A stretch of DNA of 62,814 nucleotides, filler included, from Octopus bimaculoides (lineage: Eukaryota): the NCBI RefSeq assembly GCF_001194135.2. It is 8 parts of 7 records of this genome, joined end to end, with 100 filler letters (N's around TTAATTAATTAA, not from the genome) between each part and the next. Parts side by side here need not be neighbours in the genome. Positions count along the whole stretch, not along the records: positions 1 to 21,532 come from NC_068987.1; 7 more parts are not named here. One strand, given 5' to 3'. A program made the position numbers and the translations under genes. Each line of letters opens with the position of its first letter. Position 1 is the first letter of the stretch. Below the pieces are notes generated by a model. The model did not search any database. It was not told the DNA's origin and was given only the letters and a program-made list of their open reading frames with translations. Positions 1 through 14,155 of the stretch are shown here, piece after piece.

Positions 1-120
1 ATATGCATATGTGTATATGCATTGACGTGTCATATATATACGCATATATATTAAATATCTATATATTTATAAAACATACTACATATGAAATATATGAACA
101 CTCCATCACGTATGTTTACT

Positions 121-151
<31 letters not shown>

Positions 152-803
152 ACAACGCGAGCACGCGCATGCACGCTTATTGATGCAATGAGAAGGAACT
201 AGGAAAAAGGGGAAGGAATAGAGAGAAAAATATTCGATCCAAGAAAGAAAGGGGACAAAGTAAGGACAGAGGGACAATGCCGTTTTAACTGAAAGGGAGA
301 AAAAAAAAAAGATATTAAGTGTTCACAGAACAATCATGAATGCATTGAAAATGGAATGTAATGAAATAAACGAAAATGAGTTAAAACAACTTGAAAATTC
401 GTAGAAAAAAAAGGAAGAAAATATAATTAAAGAATAAAGACAAAAAATGTGAGAAAATTATGGATTTAGCAATAAAAAAAAGTTGACAACACACAAACAA
501 AAAAGCCCAAAAATAAGCAAGAAATGAAATTGAACACCAAATAATTTTATAGAAACCAAAACATCTTTCTGCTTTAGTAAAAATTAAAATTCGTCATTAA
601 AACAATTAATATTCCCGGTTGGCATCTTGTAATGATATCTATCGAGGAAGATTCTTGGATGATTTAAATGAAATAAATCTATTCTCTTATAGAATAGCAA
701 TAAATAACGTTTATTATATCCATATATGTTATTATTATCATTACGTAGGTCTATACACCTAAGCACACACACACATACACATATATATGAATACAAGCAT
801 GTA

Positions 804-805
<2 letters not shown>

Positions 806-872
<67 letters not shown>

Positions 873-971
873 ATATTCCTACATACATACGTACATACAT
901 GCATACATACACACATACATACATACATCCATACATACATATATACATACATGCATATATACATACATACA

Positions 972-1000
<29 letters not shown>
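806..1000. repeat. Compound microsatellite (AT)n then (TACA)n
   Basis: Directly visible; representative of dozens of (AT)n, (CA)n, (TACA)n and (TATC)n tracts throughout the window. Confidence 0.97.
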
Positions 1001-1002
<2 letters not shown>

Positions 1003-1133
1003 GTGTGTGTGTAGACCGTGTATGGATCGACGCATCTGTGCGTGCCATTTGCGGAATCCGTGTTATTACATACGTTGTAAATCACAAAGGAATTTATATA
1101 AACTTATGCATGTACACTCATTTTATTTCTCCA

Positions 1134-1241
1134 CCCCTCTCTCTCCTTCTCTCTCTCTCCTTCTCTCTCTCTCCTTCTCTCTCTCTCCTTCTCTCTCTCT
1201 CCTTCTCTCTCTCTCCTTCTCTCTCTCTCCTTCTCTCTCTC
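1134..1241. repeat. CT-rich short tandem repeat (CTCTCTCTCCTT-type units) running into a gap
   Basis: Directly visible. Confidence 0.95.
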
Positions 1242-1930
1242 NNNNNNNNNNNNNNNNNNNNNNNNNNNNNNNNNNNNNNNNNNNNNNNNNNNNNNNNNNN
1301 NNNNNNNNNNNNNNNNNNNNNNNNNNNNNNNNNNNNNNNNNNNNNNNNNNNNNNNNNNNNNNNNNNNNNNNNNNNNNNNNNNNNNNNNNNNNNNNNNNNN
1401 NNNNNNNNNNNNNNNNNNNNNNNNNNNNNNNNNNNNNNNNNNNNNNNNNNNNNNNNNNNNNNNNNNNNNNNNNNNNNNNNNNNNNNNNNNNNNNNNNNNN
1501 NNNNNNNNNNNNNNNNNNNNNNNNNNNNNNNNNNNNNNNNNNNNNNNNNNNNNNNNNNNNNNNNNNNNNNNNNNNNNNNNNNNNNNNNNNNNNNNNNNNN
1601 NNNNNNNNNNNNNNNNNNNNNNNNNNNNNNNNNNNNNNNNNNNNNNNNNNNNNNNNNNNNNNNNNNNNNNNNNNNNNNNNNNNNNNNNNNNNNNNNNNNN
1701 NNNNNNNNNNNNNNNNNNNNNNNNNNNNNNNNNNNNNNNNNNNNNNNNNNNNNNNNNNNNNNNNNNNNNNNNNNNNNNNNNNNNNNNNNNNNNNNNNNNN
1801 NNNNNNNNNNNNNNNNNNNNNNNNNNNNNNNNNNNNNNNNNNNNNNNNNNNNNNNNNNNNNNNNNNNNNNNNNNNNNNNNNNNNNNNNNNNNNNNNNNNN
1901 NNNNNNNNNNNNNNNNNNNNNNNNNNNNNN

Positions 1931-2160
1931 ATAGGTACAGGACATCAAAAAACGTTAAACAAGATGAAAAACGAAAACATAGGAAACGAACTTTTTTCGA
2001 ACAACGAAAAAAAAAACCCAGAGAAACGAGACATTCAACATAAAGAGTATACCCCTTCGTCAGTTGTCCCTGTTTCATCTACTCCGCGTTCGAAGGCAGG
2101 GACAATACGCGACTTCGTTGAAACAGTCCTTCCCGCAAAGCAAATTAAATAAAATTTGGG
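1931..2160 (-). mobile_element. Probable Penelope-like element terminal fragment with hammerhead-like motif
   Basis: Homologous to 23575-23700 (GGTACAGGAC..AAAAAAC and CTGANGAAGG..CTCT.TATGT shared). Minus strand has GTA, a 9-bp stem and CTGACGA. Confidence 0.45.
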
Positions 2161-2591
2161 ATTTGATGCGGAGGGTGAAAATGTTAACAAGAACAGGACA
2201 GTGAGAACAACACAGTTAAAACGAAGGGTGAGGGCTGTTGAGCCAAGACGATAGAAAAATTATTATGAACACTAGATAGACGAGCCAGGAGGAGACAGGA
2301 AAGGCACGTCTTTTCTTTAGGAAGGAGGTGGACAGAAAGAACGATCCCCTTTCGTATCATGTTTACGTCACAATTAAGTCTCCTCATGAATTGTTTATAA
2401 CAGGTAGTATGCACTACATCAATAAGAATCTGCAATACGTTAGGTATCTTTCAGGTCATCAGGCTAACCTAATAAGTGAGTAATGAGATGCTCATGAATC
2501 AACAGTTCATCAACAAGTGAAATCTCGAAGCAGAGCTGCTAACATGTAAGACATATACGCTTCGACCCTTAACGATTCACCTTTATATATA

Positions 2592-2628
<37 letters not shown>

Positions 2629-2822
2629 TTTACATACACTGAGATGGCTAGAATATATACAAGTATATGTGGTAATGGGTTGTTTGCAATTTGGGAGCGA
2701 ATAAGAATAAGGACACTCAGCGCATGCTATCAGTAAATGCCTTATACACACTGAAATATTTTCTTATAAACCTTGCCGCTACAAGTGTATTAATGTTTAC
2801 GTGACAGAAATTCCCTATATTA

Positions 2823-3469
2823 ATGTCTGAGACTTGAGACGACGCGAACGAATTCAGTTGAAACTAAACATATCTGCTAGACATATACTGAGCATGCTTC
2901 AGCAAGATTATGTCGGCGTGGTACTGGACTCTTCAAAGACGGAAAAACGTCCCTGAATCATGATGAGCGATCTAGGAAACTCGCCACGAGCTTCACCCTC
3001 GGGAATGTTGTATTGTGCGTCGAGAATCCATCCTCCAGAGCCGTACCATCAATCTTGAATTGTACTGCGACGTTTTGACGCATCTGAGGGAGGACATTTG
3101 GCGAAAGTGACCGGAGCTGTGGAACCTTCACCGATCTCTCTTCACTCGTGAGTTTCTCGCCAAAAGCAGCATGGTATTGCTTCCGAACCGACCTTATTTG
3201 ATAGATTTGGCTCATGCAGACTTGCATCTCTTCTCCAAGATGAAAATGCAGCTGAAAGGACAACGTTTTAACACCATTGTTGAGATCCAGAGTGAATCGC
3301 AGAGGGTCCTCCTCTCGTTTACGGAAAACGACTCCCAGGCCAGGCCGGATTCCAAAACTGGGACCGGTGTATTGCTGCACAAGATGACTATTTTGAAGGA
3401 GATGATGTTAAAATCTAGGCAAATAAGTTATTTTTTATTGAACATAATTAATTCGGGAAGCACTTCGTA
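2823..3469 (+). mobile_element. Mariner (Tc1/mariner) transposon relic, internally deleted, with stops and frameshifts
   Basis: Translates to LKLNISARHILSMLQQDY, FKDGKTSLNHDERS, LYCDVLTHLREDIWRK*PELW, PYLIDLAHADLHLFSKMKMQLKGQRF (YSPDLAP-DFFLF-like) and WDRCIAAQDDYFEGD; ends in a ..TTCGTA TIR-like end. Confidence 0.9.
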
Positions 3470-4074
3470 TATTACATAAAAAACATATAAACATAATAGC
3501 TGCAACCTCAAAATGCAATATACTTATCGCATTAAATTGCAATAAGAATTCTGAGCTATCAGCACTGTCGGCATTTACAGAGGGAATCCTGGTTTCCTAA
3601 GTTAGGATTAGGTCTATATTAGGGTGTCGCTCTTTTCATATTATATAGTAGTAGTTAAGTGGAAACAGAGATATAGGAAGAGATTATTTAAATTTTCGAG
3701 ATATTTGGGCATTTTAGAAATTTCTGCATGCCAAGTTTCAGGAGGAATTTGATAATACGGAATTCTATTTTGAGCATCATGAGTAACTTCACGCAAGCAT
3801 AGTAAGAGAAGAGCCTACCGTGAGATTTTACCGAAAATTGGGATTCATCAAGCAGATTCAATAGAATTGCCTCCGCGTTAACTAGACTTCAAGCTACTAG
3901 TCTTTTTTTATGGGGATATTTATAAGATAAAGGTTACTCTACAAAACTGGCAATAGTCAACGAACTAGGGGAAATTCTTGAATGAGAATGTACACAAAAA
4001 AAGATAGCAGTTCTATTGCTTCACATCATCAGCTGTGCCTTGACCAGAACAGTCATCAGTTTGAAGTAAAGGCG

Positions 4075-4219
4075 CTACTCATTTCCTGACAGCTGAGTGA
4101 ACTGAAGCAACGTGAAATAAAGTATCTTGCTCAAAGTCACAACGTGTCGCCGGGAATTGGACTTACGACCTTACAATGCAGAGCCAAATACTCTAACCAC
4201 TAATCCACACAGCTTCACC
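4075..4219 (-). mobile_element. tRNA-derived SINE, Meta-like group (core M1), degenerate
   Basis: Shares CAGCTGAGTGAACTG.AGCAACGTGAAAT core and CTAACCACT head with 29299-29545 and 36272-36595. Confidence 0.8.
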
Positions 4220-6117
4220 TCTCTCTCTCTTACTATATATATATATATATATATAATTGTATCACTAAATAGAACCTAATAAGTACTGGGGTTGATTCAT
4301 TCGACTAAATATTCTGGAATGCTGTGACCAAGAATAGCTGCTATCTAATGACTAAAAAAAAATATAAGATAAAAAATAAAAGACTTAGGAATTTTTAATA
4401 TATACATTTTAAAACATTTATAAATGCAATTTAAAACTGTAAAACTAGAATGCATTTCATCAGCTCATAATTGTATTCTTTTACCACAATACTGGAGAGA
4501 GCTGTAGTTTGTTAGCTGTTTAACTTTCTAACTAAATTTCAGAAACTTGAATTCGCAGACGATCTCAATGTGATATTGCTGACAAGCCACCTTTTAGATG
4601 GGGATCTTATGATGATTTAATTTCCTATTTGACCTAGCCTCTAGGTTATCGCATTGCTTTGTATAGGTTCATTTCTGAACTGCTGTGTAGGAATGAATAT
4701 TTGCATAAGTTCGAAATTTAAATTGATGTATACCCAGTTTGTAGTTCCATTTATGCGGTACAGAATTCATTTTTAAGAATAAAAGACAGAATTTTCACTT
4801 GTTCAATTATGGGAAGTGTGTCCCATCTATAACTTTGAAATAAAGGCATACAAAGAAAATGGCAGCTGTTTCAAATTATATATAACTGAGAAGAATTAAA
4901 TAACTTCTTTTCATTAACGGACGTGAACTAAACATTAGGTATATATATATATATCCTAAAAATCACTCTGTGAGAAGGAAATATTACACAACATAGCCCA
5001 AGATAAACTTAGTCTAACGAGATGACCAGGTTTAAAATTCTCCTACCGACGACGGTTCACTTCGAGGTAAACAACATCAGAAAACAATGCAGCAGCAACA
5101 GCAACAACACCGCATCAGTAACAAGGCCTTTAAACACTCATGTATGTTCATAAAAATACATTATACAATTTTCAAGCCGTCAAAGTAATTTTGTGAATCC
5201 TCATTCGTTTTATATATATATATATTTATTCATATATAAAACATTAATAAAAGACCTGAGCAAGTATTCCATGAAGCGTTTCAAGAAAGTTTAGTTTATT
5301 GAATGTGTAGAATTTAGTTTGAACTAGACAAAAGAAACCGATTAAGGAGAATATTTCTATAGGTTATTTGGACATGAAGTGAAACAAAATTATTTTATTT
5401 ATTTAAAAGGAAAGTACATTTCACCTCATGTCGATTCTTCATGTCTCAATTTATTAAATCAATCAACGAACCAAAATGAAGTTTTGTTTTATTGCATTCG
5501 AAATTCGAAGCAACATATTTTGTACAGTTTTAATAATTTAACCGTATTAAAATGCCTTGAATAAATATATAGTATTTGGTGGCAATTGTTTATTCACAAT
5601 TATCTTCTATTGCTGAAACTTCTGAAATCTTTTTCATAGTTTGCGCATTCAAACGGAAATAAAATATTTGTTTCCAGTGATCTGACATTAGTATGGGTGG
5701 TTAAATCTTCAGTTGTTTTAGTAAATAACGCTACACGATATGATAATGATTTTAGAGATGAAGCATCAAAAATACCAATACAAACATAAAACTGGATATT
5801 AGATATGATTGTGATTAATGAAATCAATAAAGTTTGATTCCATCTATTGGAAAACGCCGTGGGGTAATGATAATCACTTAGTCAATTGATTTCACGGAGT
5901 AGTTTTGATACATGCCTGTTGCTGTTCTATGTAATTTATACCATTGAAGTTTATAATAAAGGTACGAATACTCCACAATCTCATTTCTCTCTAGCAATAA
6001 TACCAAAGCTTTGATCGTATGAACGAAATCATTTATTCATTCTAACACGTGTCAACCAGCCCTTAGGCAAGATCTTTTCTAATCGTGATAGATCAGTTAA
6101 CTGAACAATAATGCATA

Positions 6118-6845
6118 AAGAATATGTCAAGTAAATGGAGAGGATCGGATAAACATTTAAGAATTTATAGACCCCTATTACAGATGGTTAGACTTTTGGT
6201 GTTTCTGTTCCTCACATATTTTGTTCAAATCCAATTCATCGAGTTTTTATTTTACATCTGATCACACCCAACTTGCAGCACCGTAACTTCGATGGCCAGT
6301 GTCAAGACGAGCGGTTATAATTGGTCTCGATTAAATTCGCTAAAATGCTTCAAACCTCTGAATATCAGCGATTGTAAATGCTATTCACTTCTGAAACACT
6401 AGCCCATAAACAAGCGACGAAAGTTAATTTGCTATTATTATTAACTGGGTTGTCCTCTATCAGGAGGAAGCCATGTTGTTCAGAATTCTACATTCCAACT
6501 GCTAACTACCAAAGCATCACACATCCCAGAAACAAAATCTATTACCACGTACCATAGAAGCACAATATAATCCTATGCACTGTTTCCTTTCACTACTAAC
6601 TTCAACAAAGATCATGTATATGTCACATGTGTTTTAACCATTGCCACTATCCTTCCCTCTTGTATCAAGGATGTTAAATATGCTCTTATTTTTTTTATGG
6701 ATTTTCATTTTCTCATGGACCCTCATAAGTCCTGTTCATCATAGATATGAAATTTCTGTAGACCAACATCAACAGTCATCTACAATATTGGTCTGTAAAT
6801 TCTTAAATATTTTCCCGATCCTCTCCATTTACCTGACATATTCTT
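6118..6845. repeat. Element bounded by 56-bp imperfect inverted repeats (6118-6173 / 6790-6845)
   Basis: AAGAATATGTCA.GTAAATGGAGAGGATCGG..AA.ATTTAAGAATTTA.AGACC present on opposite strands. Confidence 0.8.
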
Positions 6846-6913
6846 AATCAATAACAGTTTCTTTTTCAGTGACTTTTCTCAGCAACCCACCAAAGGTCTT
6901 ATTTGTATTTCAT

Positions 6914-7150
6914 GGAGGCGCGTGGCTCAGTGGTTAGAGGTGTCAGACTTACGATCGTAAAAGTAATGGTTCAGATTCCTGGACCGTGCGATGTATTGTG
7001 TTCTTGAACAAAACACTTTCTCTCATGTTGCTCCAGTCCACTCAGGGGGCAAAACGAGCATTCTGGCCGGCGTCCCGTCTAGATGGTAATATTTACTCCA
7101 CAGAAACCGGTAAACCAGCCCTTTGGGTGTATATGACTCGAGAACGAGGT
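6914..7150 (+). mobile_element. tRNA-derived SINE, Meta-like group (core M1)
   Basis: A box TGGCTCAGTGG, B-box-like GGTTCAGATTCC, core TGTGTTCTTGAACAAAACACTTT..TTGCTCCAGTCCACTCAG. Confidence 0.85.
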
Positions 7151-7345
7151 TTATTCATTTTTGATGTGTGTGAGTGTGTATGTGTGCGTTTGTAAATTAC
7201 TATACATGTATGGATATACTCGCGACGCCAAATATGTATTAAGGTTATAAGTATGCATGTAGGTTTGTAGGAATATTTGCGTTTGCTCGTTTGCTATTCT
7301 AAATTCCTGCCTATCTATCTAACTATCTGTCTATCTATCTATCTG

Positions 7346-7425
<80 letters not shown>

Positions 7426-10329
7426 TGTAGATACACACATAGATTAAGCATTGGTTTCATATCTATAAATCGCTTAGGAGTATAGGTGGCTCGTCAGATT
7501 CAAAGGGCTGAATGCGTTTGAGCCTGACGCGTCGTCTATACCGCTAAGGGCTGTCTAATGACAGAGACGAATAAATGATAAAAGATAATAATTATGATAA
7601 GATTGTTGCAAAATGTGTCATTTTGGAGGGTAAAATAGTAGAGTTGTATTCCCTACAAAGAATGGCACCAAAGCTAGGTTTACTGACTCTGTGTCTGTAT
7701 AGAACATATACATTATAATTTAGATACTGTAATTAGTAGATACAGTAGAGACTGAAAATCAGAACGAGAAACAAGTGTTCATATAAATGACATCAAATAG
7801 GTATATTTGTTCAGAGAAAAAGAAAGTAAAGAAAACTATTAAATCATATTTTATTTGTGTATGAAGATGCAAAAAGCTAATGAATATTAATATGATCAGA
7901 AATTTCATTTGGTAATTAATCTTCAATTATTATTTGGCCTTCAGTAAACATTCTTCTCACACTCTTCAACATCTGTCGACGGAAATTGGTAAACATCTTC
8001 TGTTAATTTTTCTTTGATAAAGCAGCGCTAGAAAAGATTGAATTTCGTCTGTGTGTTAATAGTTTCAATTGTATTCCTGCCAACCTGCTTAACTTTTAGA
8101 ATCAATTCGATAGGTAACAGAAATTCTATCTTTGCAGAGAAGAAATCATGCGCCGATCACAATATGTCCAAACGTGATTTAGGACAAGATGCGGTATAAA
8201 GTGTTGGTAACTGACTTGACCAGACAGTGAGACATAAAATGTTGTGTCATCGTTGCTTAGTGTTCCATATGGAGTATACACAAATATATTCGTATTGTGT
8301 TGGACAAACTAATAACAAATCAACATGATACTGTTGGAATAAAACCAAATAGAATATTAGCAACTCAAAGTCACATCAGTCTACAAGTTGTAAAATAGGA
8401 AGCCATTGATATATGATGTGTTGTAAATCTGTGATACGGTTTCTATTCCATTTTATAGATTTTTCATTTCTATGTTATATTGATATTGGAAAAGGCAAGA
8501 ACGCCATACATCCTCCCTCAGGGTTTATATGTTCTTTGTTACGATCTTGAAAAGACTGACTTTGCTCTTCATCATATCATCCGAAGTCTTCGGAATAAAT
8601 TCCGGTAAAATACCAGTGATAATTCCTCCACTAGACCATACGGAAACACTGTGATGTCATTTTAATATATTCTTAACTTTTGGAACATTAAATTAGTGTA
8701 TCAGTTACACTGTATTTACTCAATGTCTGAATCTCTAAAGTGTAACCGTAGTATATAGAATGCAATTCATCTTGCCTGCGCCAGCATCTAAGAAACTTGA
8801 TAAATACGAGACATGGATATTACTGAGATTTATAAATTATATGGAGTCGAATTTTGGAAGTGATAATTCTTGATATCTGCAAGTTAAAACGAAGGAGAGG
8901 TTTTGAGTGGAAGACAATAATTTCTAAGGTCCTTGAAATAGCAGAAAAAGTTAATTAGAAAACAAATGTTGTAAAATTAATTGCTGTATGACCAGATTGA
9001 TTCTTCTCCACGGGCAGATAAGAAATAACAGGGTACTCTGATCCGTGTATTTCTATTGTGTACTTGCATTAAAGGAAATTCTTATTATGCTTAGGTAAGC
9101 AAAAACTAACTAACTAAATGAATAATTTAATAAGATTTTGTTGATTGAAACAATATCAGCGACAATATCTTTTTTTTTTTTTTTCAATATTTATAAAGTT
9201 CTAAACTTTGAAAGATGCAACGAAAAGGAGAAACTGTAATGACTTTATAATCTTTCCCAAAGTAATTCGAAATACATGTAAAGTTATGCTGTGTCGGAAG
9301 AGAATTAAAACTGCCCTGCTCAGTGTTAATCTGGTGAAGATAAGAGTTAAAGGTTTTATTTTCAGCAGATAATAATTTCTCTTAGTCTAGAAAACTCGTT
9401 TGTCAAAGTAAAGAAATGATATGATTTTAGAGGAGGCGAATGAAAGTCTATAATATTCGTACTGTTACTGAAAGAATTTACCATAAATGGGATGCGGAAT
9501 GATTTTAAATCATTACTTATCAAGAAATTCGTGTTATTTGCAGAAAGCTAATTTTTGTAGATAAGAAGTAAAATTAATTGGTTGTATAGTATTTATTTTA
9601 TCTAGAGTACTGACAGACAAAAGGACACAACAAAAACTGTTAATTTATCAACTGAAAGCGCAAAAGGAAAAAAAAAATAAACAGTTTAAGGTATCTAAAA
9701 GTGTTGAACCATTGCGTAACAATTCGATGAGTGGGAGGCTGGCTTATTCTAAAGAAATTGCTTCTTTTATAATTTGATTTGAAATCTCAACGTGGTTTAT
9801 TTCGACCCTCCCCAACTATTCCTACTTGGATGAATAACATATACACCAGACTCGAAGGATCTTCTACTTAACCTTCAAGGAATATCTGCCAGATCATTCA
9901 CAAATCTCAAGTAATCACGTTGAAAAAGACACGTTGCGTAACCAGGTGCTTCGTTTCTTGCACATAGAATAATATGAGCCTTGCACCATTGGAATATCTT
10001 TGCTCAAAGTTTCGCTTTATCAACGGTGACCTGAACCTAAACAACAACAACAACAGGAATAGCAACAACAATAGCATCAGCAGTTAATCCAGCAGGCTTA
10101 GGAGCAAAAGCTCTGTAATTATGGCCATCGCATCGTTTAAAGTATGCAGAGATACCTTATGTAACATTTCTTTTCCGCCACTTGATAAAGTTGTGTGAGA
10201 GTGTGACTAATTTTTCTAGCAGATCAAGCAGGCATGTAGTGAATCCTTTCTTGGTTGTTAAGATATTTGTTGGTATGAGCTAATACTACTGGACATCAAT
10301 GTTAAATTCAAAACAAGACTACAAAGAAC

Positions 10330-10446
10330 TCCTGCTGCTGCTGCTACTACTACTACTAGTAGTAGTAATAATAATAGCAATAATAATATAACGACCGCCG
10401 CCGCCGCCACCAACAACAACAACAAGAACAATAACAACACTACATT

Positions 10447-10481
<35 letters not shown>

Positions 10482-10620
10482 CTACTACTACTACTACTAC
10501 TACTACTGCTGCTGTTGCGACGGCTATCTCTTCACCACCACTGCTACTGGTCCATCTAGTACCACTGTTGCTACTGCTACTTCTGCTGCGTGTGCTTCTG
10601 CTGGTGCTATTGGCTTTCCA
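10330..10620. repeat. Compound trinucleotide repeat (GCT/ACT/AGT/AAT/GCC/AAC)
   Basis: Directly visible. Confidence 0.9.
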
Positions 10621-12112
10621 TTGATAATTAATAATCCCTATTACCAGCACAACTGAACACAAGAATATCACTAATACAACCACTGTGACACCATAGTTAT
10701 TGATAGAGAACATTTCTGCCGGCAGTACAACAATCACTATCGCCACAACTATTAAACTGAAGTCTCTCATTGCAGAATCCAACTGTTCATACACCTACCA
10801 ACATCGATATCATCATTCTTAATTCTCCTGCCACGACAGAGAGTTATCGTAAGAGAACAACAGCAGTCTTTTCAGAAAATAATTATTTGAAATGACTGAC
10901 ATTCAAAAAGCACCAGCTGACAAAACGGAAAAATTTTCAAAATTTCTGAGACGACTGTGCACATAATAGACGAGGCGGAAGAAATTATTGAAGAAAACGA
11001 GGGTGTCTGTATTCTAGACTTTATTTACTTTTGGGAAGGAAGCACAAAATGAAAGAACTGATAAATGAAAGAAAAAAAACACATCATTAAACAACATACA
11101 AGAATATCAACACAAATCAGAAAGAAAGTACTATCCTGAATAGGGAGACTGAGCGGAAATTAACGGAAATGAGGTTTTAACTGCTTCGTGAAAAATACAG
11201 TCGAACATGTAGGAGGAAACTGTTTTTTTCTTTTTTCTGAGGAGTAGAATGTGTTTAAGAAACCCAGTGTTAGATTATTTGGAGAACGTTTAACTCAAAG
11301 AGGTGTTGAGATGAAAATAAGAAAGTGCAGAGAAGAATAGGAGGAGTAAGGGGTGAGGAAGAAGGAGGAAAAGAAAATTAAGAGGTGACAATGTATGAGA
11401 CAAATGGTAACCAATAGGGAAGGCGAATAAAAAATGTAATTAAAAAATGGAATAGAGAAGAAAAGAGACTTAGGAAAGAAGAATAAAGAAAAGGAGAATT
11501 CCCCCCACCCCCCAAAAAAAGAAAAAACAGAAACGGATGAAGAAAAAGAACAAGAAAGAAGATATAACGACAGAATGTAGAAATAGAGGTCAAAAACAAA
11601 AAGAAAGAAAATAAAACGACGTATAAGAAGAGGAGTAACATAAAAGATCTAGTGAAAATAGAATAATAAAAGTAATAATGAAATTAAGAATGATATATAG
11701 AAAGAGGAGGAGGAGATGAAAAAGAAGAATGTGATGAAGAACGAGAAGAGAAAGAGGGGTGGAGGAGAACAAGGAGAAGATGAAATCTATTCAGTGAATA
11801 TGTAACCCTGAGTAGCATTCATTCAATGTCGGTAACCGATTATTATAGTACTAATAATAATGCAAAAGGAATAGAGTAATTGTTGCCAGGTGTGTCAACT
11901 ATGTATGCAATGGCTAGTCAATGAGAGAGCTTCTAAGTGGTTTCAGGATGCTAGAAATAGTTACCCAAACCTTTTTGCATGCCACTTTAAAAAAATAACA
12001 CATTGAATAATGTCTTAGAGTGCAATATTCAATGGGAAAAATAAAAAGGTTAAGTCTTGACTGTTTTCGTTCATGCCTGCCAAATCGGCGCCATCTTACG
12101 AATGGTCCAAAG

Positions 12113-12161
12113 AGCAGCAGCAACAACAACAACAACATCAGCAACAACAACAAAAACAACA

Positions 12162-12235
<74 letters not shown>
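12113..12235. repeat. Compound trinucleotide repeat (CAG)(CAA)(TAC)(TGC)
   Basis: Directly visible. Confidence 0.95.
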
Positions 12236-13525
12236 AAAAGTTAAGTCTATTTGATGTTGCTGGATCGGGACAACACACTACAAAGACATCTGACATGGTA
12301 AAATAGTAGTTAAATCTCTCCTCAAGTCAAACTCTTCAATGTCAAGCAAGGCAGTTTACACTTGATTATGTGGTTTTAGTGGTCTAATTCTCAATGAGAG
12401 ACCGAATGTTCACAGATAAAACGCCTATGATCACAGACCTGTTCACTAAGGAATACGTAGAGTAAAACCACTACAGCAACACGACGACCCACATTCGATG
12501 TTGACGACGACAACGGCAACGAATTAACACAACAACAACGACAACATTAGCAGCAGCAACGGCAGCAGCAGCAACAACAACAACAACAACAACTATAACT
12601 ACAATAACGATGATTTCTAATTCTGTTGTCAGCAAGACGGGAATTGACACGATTGTCATTAATATTCCAAGTTATTTCATCAATATGCTATTCTTCAAGA
12701 AGAATGTAATTAAAAATAAAAATAAAAGAAATCGCCTGAAGCTTATAAAACTAGTTAATAAGTGACTCACAACAGATGGCGCTGAAATGTGCCAATGACC
12801 TTATCGCAGAAATGAGACCTAAGTTTTAAAAAATTTTGAAGTATGATACGATTAATTAATAAACGAAAGTAAGTGTTGCAGGTTTTGAGTCTCAGTAGTT
12901 AAAAAGACCGGTTCACAATGCAATTGATTTTTTGTCTTAGATTGATTTTAGAGCATACAGAAGGGATTTTAATTGCAGAGACGAGAGTGAAAGACAGTGG
13001 CCATGACCATTTGACTAGATTCTGAATAGATAGGATGGAGCAGGAAGGTATTCTCAAATCTGGCTCGAATGCTTGTAAGAGAGTTGATTCATGTAAAGAC
13101 ACCAAAGAACCAGGTGACGGTGCAGAATAGGGTAGAATTTGAACACGGTATCCAGTCCGATATTCTAATGATTCCGCTAGCGCACGGCACTAGAATGGTA
13201 ATTTAGTTGTCGTCCTCGAGATTATGAAATGTAAAGATGACTTCGTTGGGATTTGAATTGAGAACGATCCCATTAATTCGCTACATCTGCAAAAAGCGAG
13301 CGAGTTGATGTGAAAATCATGTCACTTTTCTTCCTCAAAAGAACTTGAAAAGTTACAGAATTGAAATGAACACAGGCATTCCTTGCTGTCAATTGTTTAC
13401 CTAGATAAAATCTTTCCACTCCGAAAAACGTTATTAGAGTTTCTAAGTATTCTCGAAACATGTTCTTTGTGAGCCAATCATTTCTATTCCATTCTCAGCA
13501 TAACCTCTTCCATTATATTGATTTC

Positions 13526-13737
13526 AAATTTTAGCACAAGGCCAGCAACGTCGGAGGACAGGGTAAGTCGCTTAAATCGCCACTAGTGCTCAGCTGGTAC
13601 TTTACTTACCGACGCCGAAAGGATGAAAGGCAAAGTCGACCCCAGCAGAATTTGAACTCAGAACGTAAGGACGGACGAAACGCAGCTAAGCATTTTGCCT
13701 GGCGTGCTAACGATTCTGCCAGCTCGCCGCCTTAACA
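13526..13737 (-). mobile_element. Nin/Deu-domain SINE, full length, tail type gamma, 20-bp TSD
   Basis: Head GGCGGCGAGCTGGCAGAATCGTTAGCACG; domain GACTTTGCCTTTCATCCTTT; TSD TCTTCCATTATATTGATTTC at 13506-13525 and 13738-13757. Confidence 0.9.
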
Positions 13738-14108
13738 TCTTCCATTATATTGATTTCTTACAAAGCCAGGAGGTCACAAACATATAAGAAGAAGAATCAG
13801 GATATAGAGATATCTTTGATTTTCTCAGTTTCTTTTTGTTGCTGTTGTTGTAAACCCATGGTAAATATATTGTGAAAAATGGCAAATAAATATTATATCG
13901 AGACATTCTATTCAGGTAGAAGTGATATATGGCAAACCGTTAAAATCTGGAAATTTTGAATAAACGCCAGCATGACTATCGATATGACCTGGTAAACAAA
14001 ACAGACTTTATATGTAACTAGAAAAATATTAAGAAATAAGGAAAATAAGATACGAAAAAATGATAAAACAACAAAGAAACTGGGATAGTAAATGAAAAAT
14101 TTGGTTGC

Positions 14109-14155
<47 letters not shown>

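Noticed and set aside
584-760. Possible terminal exon ..RYLLLFYKRID.. (USP-like tail)
   Set aside because: The acceptor lies in a GT repeat, no upstream exons with catalytic boxes were found, and the resemblance is only 5-6 residues
2455-2475. Possible 21-nt microexon (TTTCAG | .. | GTGAGT)
   Set aside because: Short pyrimidine tract, stops in two of three phases, and adjacent to a mobile-element relic
12899-13461. Minus-strand ORFs including GVERFYLG (TM2-like) and a ~98-codon open stretch
   Set aside because: The match is only a few residues, no convincing exon chain or donor, and no family recognised; tblastn or RNA-seq would settle it
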